NCBI GenBank assembly: GCA_027923505.1
Contig: BROI01000003.1
Coordinates: 1,364,001 to 1,428,000 of the forward strand
Direction of reading: 5' to 3'
Length of the DNA stretch: 64,000 bases
Source of the DNA: Mayamaea pseudoterrestris
Taxonomy: Eukaryota
Below the pieces are notes generated by a model that was given only the letters and a program-made list of their open reading frames with translations, was not told the DNA's origin and did not search any database. Shown here one piece after another: positions 1 through 10,775 of this stretch (the first letter of the stretch is position 1; the number at the start of each line of letters is the position of its first letter). Both the position numbers and the translations under genes were made by a program.

Positions 1-1092
1 GAATACGTTTGTGTGTATGTCGACGATTTAGCGATAGCGATGAAGAATCCGAAGGAACTAACGGATCTTTTAATTGAGAACTACAACTACAAGTTGAAGG
101 GCGTCGGTCCATTGGCATATCATTTGGGCGCAGACGTTTGGCGAGACGACGACGGCGTACTCTGCTTCGGAGCGAAGAAGTACGTCACAAGACTACTAGC
201 GAACTACAAAGAAATGTTCGGCGAGGAACCGCGACCGCAGACAAGTCCACTACGCGACGGCGATCATCCGGAACTCGACGAAACGAAAGAACTTGACGAC
301 GACGGAATTGCGAAGTATCAATCGATAATTGGTGCGTTGCAATGGGCAGTAAGTTTATGTCGATTCGACATTCACTGTGCTGTCATGACTATGGGGAGAT
401 TCCGAGCTGCGCCACGAGCGGGGCACTTGGAACGGTTGAAGCATATTTGCGGATACTTACGAAGATACCCGGATGGAGCGATTCGATTCAACGTTTCGAT
501 TCCAACGGACGAGCGATACGCGACAGTTGACAAGATGGATTGGGATTACAGTGTGTACGGCAAGATCTGCGAAGAGCTTCCGTGGAACATGCCCACGCCG
601 CGCGGCAAGGCGGTGCGAATGTCAACGTTCGAAGATGCGAACCTGTACCACGATTACACGACGGGACGGGCAGCGATGGGCATGCTACACATGTTGAATG
701 GAACAGTCGTTGATTGGTTTTCGAAACGCCAAGCGACGGTCGAGACGGCGACGTACGGCTCGGAGTTTGTAGCAGCGAGAGTGAGCACGGAGCAGATCAT
801 GGATCTTCGCTTCACGCTACGCATGTTGGGAGTTCCGCTCGACGGACCTTCATGGATGTTTGGAGACAACAAGTCGGTAACGCAAAGCAGCAACCTACCG
901 CACTCTAGTCTGACGAAGCGACACAATGCACTGGCATTTCACCGTGTACGCGAAGCGATTGCGGCGGGAATTATTAATTTCAACCACATCATGGGAACGA
1001 CAAACCCGGCGGATGTACTTACCAAGTTTCTTCCACGGGCTACGGCAAGCAAGCACTTAAAGAACCTGCTCTTCAAGGAATCTAACTATTAG
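1..1092 (+). CDS. Copia pol, C-terminal part (reverse transcriptase + RNase H), 5'-partial
   Basis: Uninterrupted frame with YVDD and copia RNase H motifs; stop TAG at 1090-1092. Confidence 0.93.
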   Translation, partial: EYVCVYVDDLAIAMKNPKELTDLLIENYNYKLKGVGPLAYHLGADVWRDDDGVLCFGAKKYVTRLLANYKEMFGEEPRPQTSPLRDGDHPELDETKELDDDGIAKYQSIIGALQWAVSLCRFDIHCAVMTMGRFRAAPRAGHLERLKHICGYLRRYPDGAIRFNVSIPTDERYATVDKMDWDYSVYGKICEELPWNMPTPRGKAVRMSTFEDANLYHDYTTGRAAMGMLHMLNGTVVDWFSKRQATVETATYGSEFVAARVSTEQIMDLRFTLRMLGVPLDGPSWMFGDNKSVTQSSNLPHSSLTKRHNALAFHRVREAIAAGIINFNHIMGTTNPADVLTKFLPRATASKHLKNLLFKESNY

Positions 1093-1110
1093 GTATGACT
1101 TGAGGGGAGT

Positions 1111-1421
1111 TGCAGGATGCGAACGAAAACAGCGAAAATCGGGCAAGTCACACCGAATGTCCGATAGGGTGACACAGCGGCACTCGCGGCTCACCACAGC
1201 CTCACGATCGCGTGATGCGTGGCAGCGACGGCTTCGAAGCGATTCAACAAGTATATTGCTGAAACTAGTGCGATATAGAGTAGAAACAAGCAGACTTACT
1301 AAGCTTGAAGAGTTAAGAAAGCGATTTATTCGTCTCTCGTATTGTAGCAACTGCAAGCTTGGATTGGCCATCCAAGGACAGCTACAAGCGAAAGGTGCAA
1401 CGATTTGATTTACAAGTTACA
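1111..1421 (+). repeat. Copia 3' LTR (~311 bp, TG...CA; boundaries +/-1 nt)
   Basis: Follows the PPT. Identical by eye to 19538-19848; identity stops after GTTACA(A). Confidence 0.9.
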
Positions 1422-1528
1422 ATAATGATTGTGACTAGATTGGAATTATGAGCACTACCCTATGAATGCGACGAAGAGGAGCCTCTGAGTCAGCACTAGT
1501 TCCACGCGTCCTTCCACGCGGCACGTCA
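1422..1528 (-). repeat. Gypsy 3' LTR, cut near its end by the copia insertion
   Basis: Matches 6666-6772. The terminal ~8-10 nt seen in the other LTR are replaced by the copia LTR. Confidence 0.88.
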
Positions 1529-3371
1529 CTCGCTTCCCGGATGGTGAGATAAGATCGTTAGTCGTTGTAAGGGGTCAGGCGGCGGAAGGTTGCTTTCTGC
1601 GAGACGACTCCTTTGGAGATCTTGGCGATGCCATTCGTATAAAGAGTCTGGATTGTATACGGTCCTTTGCGAGGCGCATGTAGCTTTCGCAAAATACCAC
1701 CAGTTTCAAGTAGAACTTTGTCTCCCACTTTGTAGTCGTGTCGAATTCGTTTTGAGTTCTCGCGTGCATTGTTTGCAACTGCTGCGTCGAGTCGACCTCG
1801 GTACCGCTGTCCAATCGACTTGGAAAGATAAATCAAAAAGCATATCCCGACCAAATACCAATTGTCCAGGAGGCGTCCAACACCAAATGGATTGTAGAGC
1901 GAATAGCCCAAGCGCATTTACAGAGTAGGTCTGTCCATGGGTCTGGGAATTTGGTATTCCTCAAGTTCACAAGTGCGGAGCATGTTTCCAACGCGTCTGG
2001 TGGACTCGCTCGTACACTAGCCCTGTGGATTCTTTACCGTTGTCGGTGTAGGCTCAATGCCGAAGCTTTCAAGCATCTCTGGAATCCTCTGCCAAGAAAT
2101 TCGTTGCCATTATACGAAAAATGCATTCCACCGGACGAGGATATCGACACAGCCAACATCTGTCAAAGGTTTGAGCAATGTGATCAGCTGTCTTATCCTT
2201 TACCTCCATCACCTCAACCAACCCGTTACTTGGATCTGCCATCGTCATTGCGTTTAGCGATCGAGTAACACCGTCTTTTCCAGTGATTGTATATGGTCCG
2301 ATAAGGTCAACACATACTGTGTGCCACGGATGGACTTCAACATTGTCCTTTAGAGGAAGCTTGCCGTACTTTGGGCGAGGCTTCTTGTATACTTGACAAG
2401 TGTGACATTTCTTCACAAACTCGTCCACGTCCTTCGCTATGGTAGGCCACACCAAGCGTTGACGGATTGTTTTCTCTGTTCGTTTTGAACCCGGGTGACA
2501 TAGGTTGTCGTGGTACCATTGAATGATTGGCTCGCGCAAGGGCTGCGGAATATATATTTTTCCACGATACAAGATCAATTCTTTGCCCTCGACCACTTGT
2601 TTCGTAAACTCGGTCGAACGATTTAGCACGGCCTGCAGTTGATTATCATTTTCTTGATGTTGCGCAATGACAGCTGTTTTTAAAGGATATAATTCTGTTG
2701 AGCCAGGCGCTTCTGGTCTCGTGGCGGTTGCGGCGACTGTTTCAGACTGCTCGGCCGTGAAACGTAATTCTTCGTCAAAGCCAGCGGATTGCAGCGAGAA
2801 GTCTCCGTCCATTTCCGCTAATTTAGTTGCCATTAGGCACAGCTCCTCATGTTGAGGGAGATCAGATGGATTTATTGGTTCTGACTGTTCGTCAAAGTCT
2901 AAACGACTCAATGCGTCCGCTGCAGGGTTGTCTTCGCCCTTTAGATAGTAAAAGATTGGCCCATATTCTTCGATAAGCCATCGCCAGCGTTGAACGCGGT
3001 TTGACGCATGTTTTGTTTTGGGATCCACATTATTCTTGTGGTCGGTATAGACTCGGAGTTCGTGTCCAAGCAAGATGTTTCTGTATTCCTTGAGTGTCTC
3101 CACGATTGAGAGCATCTCGCGTTCGCCCACCGTATAGCGTTGTTGCGTCTTCGTGAGTTTTCGGCTGTAGAAAGCGATCGGTACACCATTCTGACTAATC
3201 ACTGCACCAAGCTGATAATCGCTTGCATCCGTATGGATATCAAATGGTTGCGTAAAGTCAGGGAACGCCAGCATTACATCAGCAGCAATGGATTTCTTTG
3301 CTTGCTCGAAAGCGTGCTGCTCCTTCTCCCCCTAGCAGGTATGCAACAGAAAGTAGTATCACTATGCCGTT

Positions 3372-3441
3372 AAAAGTAGCGCACCTCGGAATCGAACCAA
3401 GGATAACCGGCTATATCACCTCTAAACACGCTGCTACTTTT
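3372..3441 (-). ncRNA. tRNA-like module in the TRIM 3' LTR (not a functional tRNA; no anticodon arm)
   Basis: Minus strand reads AAAAGTAGC-AGCG-TGTTTAGAGGT (A-box-like)...CCTTGG-TTCGATT-CCGAGG (T arm, B box)-TGC-GCTACTTTT, closed by a 9-bp inverted repeat. Confidence 0.72.
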
Positions 3442-3538
3442 CCGTCTGCTAGTGTACTATATGCTGCATACAAGGCACCATGCACTATGACAAGTAAAGG
3501 TATCGCTCTGGTTGCTGTTTTTCGTGTGCAACCTGCTA

Positions 3539-3545
3539 CTCCCCT
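3539..3545 (-). promoter_or_regulatory. TRIM polypurine tract
   Basis: AGGGGAG directly before the 3' LTR on the minus strand; same as the copia PPT core. Confidence 0.8.
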
Positions 3546-3790
3546 AGCTTTGCGCGTCATAGTGCTAACTCGTCTTCCGTTTCAGCTGGCATTTTCGTCT
3601 CGCGGGGGAATGTCACTTTTCAGTTTTTCCTGCGGCGTTTCGGGCTCGGCGCATCTTTGTGCACTCCCCAGGGTCCGCGACTCCCCATCGTTCGTTCGTG
3701 ACAAACCCGTGCAACCAGTGAATTTTTTTTTTTTCTTCGCTTGATTCGATCGCAACTCGAACCAGCAGCCTCAGTCCAGATCTCTCGATA

Positions 3791-3802
3791 GGGACGCTAC
3801 CA
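3791..3802 (-). promoter_or_regulatory. TRIM primer-binding site, probably initiator tRNA-Met
   Basis: TGGTAGCGTCCC immediately after the 5' LTR. TGGTAGC is complementary to ...GCUACCA-3', as in the yeast Ty1 iMet PBS TGGTAGCGCC. Confidence 0.75.
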
Positions 3803-3841
3803 TAGCAGGTATGCAACAGAAAGTAGTATCACTATGCCGTT

Positions 3842-3911
3842 AAAAGTAGCGCACCTCGGAATCGAACCAAGGATAACCGGCTATATCACCTCTAAACACG
3901 CTGCTACTTTT
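3842..3911 (-). ncRNA. tRNA-like module in the TRIM 5' LTR (putative internal Pol III promoter)
   Basis: Identical copy of 3372-3441. Confidence 0.72.
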
Positions 3912-6657
3912 CCGTCTGCTAGTGTACTATATGCTGCATACAAGGCACCATGCACTATGACAAGTAAAGGTATCGCTCTGGTTGCTGTTTTTCGTGTGCA
4001 ACCTGCTACCCCCACGGAAACGCTTGCTTAGGATCAAGCTTTGTCAGCGCCGTAAGCGGAGCCAAGATGTGCGATCGTCGCTTCCACATATCACGGTAAT
4101 AATTAATCAACCCAAGAAATGAGCGAAGCTGAGAAACATTTTGGGGTCGCTTTATGCGTAAGATCGCATCCACTTTATTTGGAAGAGGCCGAATGCCAGT
4201 CGGCGTGAGCCAGTAGCCCAAATATTCAAGCTCTTGCGTAGCAAAGCTGCTTTTGGCAATATTCACACGTAAGCCTGCCTTGCTCAAACGCTCGAGTACT
4301 TGTTCCACTTTGGATAAATGATCCTCAAAGGAGTCCTTTGTGATTGTAAGGAGATCGTCCAAGTAGGTACGTACAAAGTCAAGTCCCTCCATCAGGATAC
4401 TCATTTTTTCCTGGAAGATGTCCGGACTGCCAGCGACTCCCATTGGGAGCCGGCAATATTCGTACTTTCCCCATGGTAGTACAATTGTGCAAAGTTGCGA
4501 GGCGGCTGGCGACAGGCGGATTGTATAGTATCCCATGTTGAGATCGAGCGACGTTGCATACGTAAATCCTCCAAGCTTCAACAGAGTGTCTTGGATATGC
4601 GGGATCGGAAAAGGCTTGCGTTTAACCAAGTTGTTGAGCCGACGAAAATCGGAAATGAATCGAACTGTTCCATTTTTCTTTGGAATGATAAAGGTTGGTG
4701 CTGCCCATTCACTGCCACCCGAGCGTCGTAGTACTCCCAGGTCGCAAAGGCGTGCCACCTCCTTGCGTAAAGTTGCTTCGTGGACTTGCGGAATATTATA
4801 TGGTCGCGCATGATATGGCTGCGCGCCTTCCTTCAGTTCAAAATCAACCGGCGTCGTGTCCCAAGAGCCGAGAGTGCCGTCGAACAAATGTTCAAATTTG
4901 AAAAGCAAACTCTTTAATTGAGTCTTTTGCGCTGTCGTTAAATGATTCATTGAATCAACGGTTTGATTGATATCGGCTTTCTCATATTTGGCGTCAAGGA
5001 TTCGACTGGCTCGTTCCGTCGCTTCCATGAGCACTTCTCCTTCGTGAGCTTGTGCCATTGTTTCGTCAACAAAAAACGCTTGTTCCGTTTGTGCGTCCTT
5101 GTCGTCAGGCAAATGCTTGTCTAGCGCCCGCTTCATTGGAATCGTAATATTATCCCATCGTAATTGTCCAGTGGACCAAAGGATGTCTATCCCAAGAGCA
5201 CGTAAGAGATCGCGCCCAATAATCATTTCATAGTCGTTTGCTCCATGAGCAGTTTCATCGACGGCCATGCGCCATGTGATTTCCTTGCTTGGCGCGAATT
5301 CCGGAAGACCGAAGGTTAGTACCGCTTCGTGTCTCGTCAAAAACGACCCGCCGTTAGTGTGCCAAATGGTCTCCTTGGAGGCTTTGGTGGATTGAAACAA
5401 ATCATCCGGTATTTTATCGCGCTTTATAATTGTTTTGCTACAGCCAGTGTCTAGTAAGACTTTAAATAGTTTAATTGGCTGTTTGCCTTCGCTACCAGTT
5501 TTAATCACTACCGTTAATTCTGTGACAAGGTCAACAGGGGTAACGTGACTGGTTAGTCGAGGCCGTCGTGTTTTCGTGTACGGAAATAGCGCAAACAGTG
5601 CTTCCTTGGCACTCACCTCCGAGTCGGAGCCGCAGGCTTCATCCAGTTCCTCAATGAGGTCGTCGTCACTATCGACATGTTGCATCGCATCGACGCGTTC
5701 ATTGCCTTTCTTTTTGGCGTTTTCTTTGTTCTTTTTCTTGAAGCACTTGTCTTCAGTATGACCAGGCTTCTTGCAAAATCCACATTTGTCCTTGCCACTA
5801 GGAGCTTGTCCCTCGGCGCGGTGCGGACGGTCATGGTTGCTCTGCTTGTTGCGCTGCGAACGATCTTCGTTTCGTCGAGGCTGCACGGTAGACCAAGCGT
5901 TCTGTCCGCGCTCAATTGCCTGCAAATGATCACGAACTTCCTCCAGCGTACGTTCCTCCCACTCAAAACCAGAGTTGTCCATTGCTGCGCGAAAGCCAGC
6001 TGGGAGCGCGTCGACTAGAAGTTGTTTCAGCTTGTCGTCGTCGAGCACTTCACCCTTGCCCGTGAGGTAGATGTAATCCTTTTGCATGATTTGCATACGG
6101 TTGAAGAGGTCACCCACTGTCATGTCCTTTGGCTTGCCAAGATTCTTGTTCATAAAGCGCATCTGGTCGCGCTTGCCGCTCTTGCCCATGATGCGAATTG
6201 CTAGCTCATTGAGCGCTTGTTCAAAATCATCCTTGGAATTTTTATCCTTGCCTTCTGCAATAGTATTCCAATTATCCTTGGCTTCTCCACACAAAAATTG
6301 CGACATGCCTTGGAACATGGATGTTGTTGTAGTCAAAGGGCGGTGTTCGACATATTCTTCGAACGTGCGTCGCATGTGACAGAACGTCTCCGCATCCTTT
6401 GGGTCGTAGCACGTGTAGGTCTTGTCGTACTTTGAACTTGCATCGTCGGGATCAAGTCGGACTTTCACCTTGAATGTTTGAGGATGAGTAGGTGTTTCCA
6501 CAGGGCTTGGGTACAAGGGAATTGGTGCGCGGAAGCGCGGGTTGCTCGCGTTGCTGTTGTCGACGGGCTTGGAAAAAGCTGGGGCCATGGTGATCGTTGG
6601 TCTTGTTTGACTTGCGAAGTGTTAACACTATGCCTTGTCTCACAAGGTAGAATACTG

Positions 6658-6772
6658 TGACAGTAATAATGATTGTGACTAGATTGGAATTATGAGCACT
6701 ACCCTATGAATGCGACGAAGAGGAGCCTCTGAGTCAGCACTAGTTCCACGCGTCCTTCCACGCGGCACGTCA
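6658..6772 (-). repeat. Gypsy 5' LTR (TGAC...GTCA termini; may extend to 6656)
   Basis: Direct repeat of 1422-1528, with short inverted termini, upstream of the gag ATG at 6588. Confidence 0.88.
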
Positions 6773-9002
6773 CGTCTGCCGCAACTAGGCGTCGAAGCGA
6801 CTCAGACCTTAAAGCCATCGCTTGACGTAATATGCTACTCTTTGGATTTTTATTCGATTTCGCTCGTTCCGTTTTGATGCAGAAATCGAGTGAAGTTGCT
6901 ATTGTTTCATGCATTTAGACGATGCGGCGGTGACTGCTCGGTGGCGACTTGACGACACGCACGTCTCGCTTACACGGCAATTGGTTCCATTTCCTGCGCG
7001 TGTCACGACGCGGACGTTACTTCGACGGAAGCCTTGGTTGCTACTGCTGCGCATAATGTGATTCTTTGCATTTACTGTTACTGGTGCGGCAATAGCGGCT
7101 TGTCGACAATGCGAGAGCCGTCGACCTGACGAACGACATGCTTTGCGTCGACTCATGGAACGCCAATGCATGGCGGCAGTGTTGGCAGCGGTTTGCAATG
7201 ATGAGCACACGAATTCAAGCAGCGTCCACATTTGGAACGAAGATTGCTCGGCAATCCTTTCGTTGGCGGTTGGCGATGCATGAAAAAGACTTGCAAGTAT
7301 GTTGCGACAAAAGTGATTGACGACCGAGGCGTTTTGACACTTGGAATCCATGCCGCAAAGCATTTTGTATTGCTTGTCGACGAGATATCTTAACCCAAAA
7401 AGGCTGCAGTATTCGATGCGTTGTCGGTGTGAATGAGTGACGAACAATGTCGAAAATGACGACGGCAATCGGGTTCGACTAGGCAGTGCAGCATTCCACA
7501 ATCAACATTGACGCGGTGATGGGTTTGACTTGACAGCATTCAACAATCAACATTGGCGCGGTGATGCATATGCAAGGTGGCACTGCATTTGGCCGAGTTT
7601 GGCGATTGATTCAACTAGCAAGTGGACGAATTGGCGCAAGACTTGTTGTGTTATTGGCTTGATCAGCGACTGATGCAATTGACGTCTGGCTGGAAATTTG
7701 CTGGTCGTGTTGCCGAGGTGATCGGTTTCGGCGCCAACATTAGCTTGCATGCTAGTGCGTTGCAAGCATGCCTTCTCTCCTGTCGCCGTGAATGGAGTGC
7801 AAACATGATGCAATGGTCTTTTAGCGGAACTGGTTTGCATCTGTTGAGGCTTCCAGGCGCTGACATTGAGAAGACGAGTAGTACTTTGACGATGTGTCGC
7901 TTGCGGATCGCTTGCGGATCGCTTGCGGACTGAATTGCTTGTGTCGAAGCGCACGGACGACACACTGGCCACTGTTGGTTTACGAGTGCTTACTCGCCTG
8001 CACCGTGCATCAAATGGGAATTGAGTCAACTCCGTGCGAAATATAGAAGGATTATTCGGCAAAGCTCGCTTTAGAGACTGTCTTGTGACCGGAACCAACT
8101 CGGGCAGGTTACTCTCGGCTCGATTTATAGGATGGACAATAAAGATTGCGTACGCATTATCAACAACGTCGCGCTATTCGAGACCGTGACTTCTTTCAGC
8201 AGATGAGCGATGAGGGTTTTTTTAATTGCGGCGAAGCAAAGCCTACGCTTCATGCGGGCAAACCGCCCCGAGCAAGGTGTGGTAACATGTCAAAACATAC
8301 TGCAATGGCGCCGTTGAATGCCAGCAGATTGTCGCATGCATGTGATCTTAGCTCTGCTCCAATATTATTGCAAGCGAATTCTGCGGCAAGCAATTTCGCT
8401 CTGATTAGTCAGCCTTTCCTGAATAGCTGACATGACATTGGCTTCCAGCGGATACGATTATCATGTGGAGCAAAGTTCACGGCAGATGGTGCTGCCATGC
8501 TGAAACCTCAGGGAGTTATTGATTGCACATATAAAATTGATTGGCGACGGGCCTTGACGAAGCGCGCGAAGCAAATGGCAACAATGTCTTGCCAGTCCAA
8601 CGTAAGCGCTCGATTGTTTGGCTGTATGATATAGTTGGGCAAGTGACGCAAGTAATGAAGCGTTGCGCAAATTGGATCATGAGTCTTTAGTGCGGCCTTC
8701 ATGTCGTCTAATCAAAAAGCATGCGCAACAGGATGTCCTTGCACAAACAAAGCTTATATTGAACCGGAATCTTTTTGCATGGCTTTGCAATCGCTCTAGC
8801 GTTCGGGAGGCAGTGCAGCTGCCATAGTACACCATGCATTTGCGCCTTCGTGCTGGCGAGGCGACGAGTAATCACACTTAGTTCAAAAATTTAAATTGAT
8901 TATACTTTTACCCTATGATAAGCAAACTGTAGCAGCAAGTGGCACAAAACTGTTTCACAAATCTCAAAATCGCCGTTGCCATTGCATTGCTAGCATGAGT
9001 GT

Positions 9003-10310
9003 TCATGCTCCATTTCGCTCGGGCGAGTGCGGACGTTTCGCCAGCTGGATGCCATTGACAACATTGCCAGCCGCCAGCGCGTAGCAAGCACTCATGGTGA
9101 CGCAAAACGGCAGCGTCAGGCACGACACGCTTCCAAACAAACACTGCATGCTTGCATAGGTTGCGGTGCTGGCTAACGCGCCCGTGGCGAAGAGTGCTAG
9201 CGTCGCTGGTGAATGCGCGCACATCACGCCAACGCCCAAACTAGTCAGCGCCGCGTTGTAGCTCCACAGCCCCATGGCAACGTCATTTAGCGGCGCTTCG
9301 TATAAGATGCTTTCCTCAATGCTCCAATCCCAGCAATGCATGTTCCGCCAGCATGGGTGAGTACAGTGCCACGGCGGATGCAACGCCAATGCCAGTCAAA
9401 CTTGAATCGACGATGTAAATTTGCGACAAGCCCTTGAGCGGCGTCAACAGCACTTCCATGACGGTCGTGCTGCTTGCTGCAGCTGTTACTTCCGGAGATA
9501 TCAAACTGTTGTCGCCTGTTGCAGATGCCATCAAGTCGGTAGCTGTTGGATTTGCAGCTACTTTACTGGCAGCAAGTGCAAGCGTTGTTGGTGACGCTGC
9601 AACAGACAATATTGCCTGCTTTGCCAGTAGCATCGTCAGCGCCACTAAAATGAACGCCAACGTCCATTGCGGCATGCTCGCATTTCGGAGACGGAGCGTC
9701 GTCACGGTGGTTGCCGACCGTCGTCAAGCCAAGTGCTGTGAATGTGCTGCTGACAGAGTGGAATGCATCGTACGGCGACAGCCGCGGCGCAAACCAATCA
9801 AGCAGCCATTGTACGCCAAGAGACTGTTGGAAATGTCTTGACTATTGTCAGACTGCTTGGTTTCGTTGCTTACTGCAGCTGCAACATTGCATCGTCTTTT
9901 AGTAAGATGCGACGAGCCAGCATGTTCGAAGTGAGCGATCCCCATTTCGCCACGGTAGCCACCCACGGATCGCCCAGCGCCAAACTTGCCAGCAAAATGC
10001 CGCCGCATGTTGGTGAATGCAGAAGCAAGACTTGGGCCACGCCGGTGCATGTTTGTTGCGAATGTAGTTGGAAGGCACTGCATTTGCGGCTAATGGCGTT
10101 TGTCGGCCGAACGTTTCGTCGTTCATGTTCGTCTTGCTGACTGCTCGCAAAGCATCGAGATAGCCTATTGTCGTGTGATGAGCGAACGCCAGACTTACCG
10201 GCGTGACGGCCTGCCGCAGCCGCCCGCCAGAGTCGAACGGCCATGGTGACACAAGAAGTGCTGCGTTGCCTCGCGGAGGCGATTCGTTGTTTACTCTCTG
10301 GAGGTCGCAT
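9003..10310 (-). pseudogene. Urea transporter (UT/SLC14 family) pseudogene
   Basis: UT motifs spread over four ORF fragments in different frames: GVAQVLLLHSP..GGILL, LLAYNGCLIG, LKGLSQIYIVDSSLTG, GLWSYNAAL, CLTLPFC, HSPE. Internal stop and several frameshifts. Confidence 0.85.
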
Positions 10311-10775
10311 TTGGCTTGTTTGACGAGTCGAAAACGTGAAAAAATGAGCGCTTCAGAGTATATGATTGTCGTACCACTTCACAGTCTACCCTCGCCATTT
10401 TGCGTTATTTTGCAGTTCGTCTCGAGATCTTGTTTTAGCAATTTTGTATACTAGGTAGTCGCAGACAACCAGGTCTGTCGAGTATTCCTGCGCAAGCAAG
10501 GGCAGCGGCTACCGGTATAATGAAGCGATCGCATGGCAGACAGAAATGCGAAAAATTGGACAACGCCCTTGAAGATCTAGCTTGCTGCTTATTGCAATGT
10601 CTTACAGAAATCACAGTAAATGGCAAGTCGTTGAGTCTGTGGTACTATCAACTAACAATTGGTCCAATCAGGTCCAAGACTTCCTTCGTGGCGCATACAG
10701 AATCGCATGGATCGTCCGACATGCCACCAAAATCCTTTCCTTGACCTTTATCGCCCATGGCACTCACCACATCCT

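Larger units (their letters stand above)
1..1421 (+). mobile_element. Ty1/copia (CoDi-like) LTR retrotransposon, 3' part (RT, RNase H, PPT, 3' LTR); continues left of the window
   Basis: ORF to 1092 with YVDD (RT), WFSKRQATVETATYGSEF, FGDNKS and NPADVLTK (copia RNase H). PPT GAGGGGAG at 1102-1109, then a repeat shared with the copy at 19538-19848. Confidence 0.95.
3333..4008 (-). mobile_element. Non-autonomous TRIM (676 bp) with tRNA-like LTRs, Helenus-like architecture
   Basis: Identical 206-bp direct repeats at 3333-3538 and 3803-4008, with 8-bp inverted termini TAGCAGGT/ACCTGCTA. Non-coding 264-bp interior with PBS and PPT. CCCCC on both flanks. Splits gypsy pol exactly at W-G|E-K. Confidence 0.93.
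1558..6588 (-). pseudogene. Gypsy gag-pol polyprotein, disrupted by a TRIM insertion and by frameshifts in integrase
   Basis: CCHC knuckle CGFCKKPGHTEDKC, protease LLDTGCS, RT YLDD, RNase H HTDASDYQLG, integrase HDNLCHPG...CHTC and VCVDLIGP, C-terminal GPY motif. Split across ORFs 4006-6588, 2069-3274 and 1558-1917. Confidence 0.92.
1422..6772 (-). mobile_element. Ty3/gypsy LTR retrotransposon with very short (~115 bp) LTRs, carrying nested insertions
   Basis: Direct repeats at 1422-1528 and 6666-6772. Domain order Gag-PR-RT-RH-IN on the minus strand. PPT-like GGGAAGCGAG next to the left LTR. Confidence 0.93.

Noticed and set aside
1100..1408. 102/104-aa ORFs after copia pol (also 19484-19835)
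   Set aside because: Lie within the LTR and have no motifs.
3372..3441. Functional tRNA gene
   Set aside because: Only ~64-70 nt, no anticodon arm, weak D stem, and embedded in both LTRs of a mobile element.
3298..4031. ORFs of 148 and 65 aa over the TRIM
   Set aside because: Antisense to the PBS/PPT orientation, with no recognisable domain.
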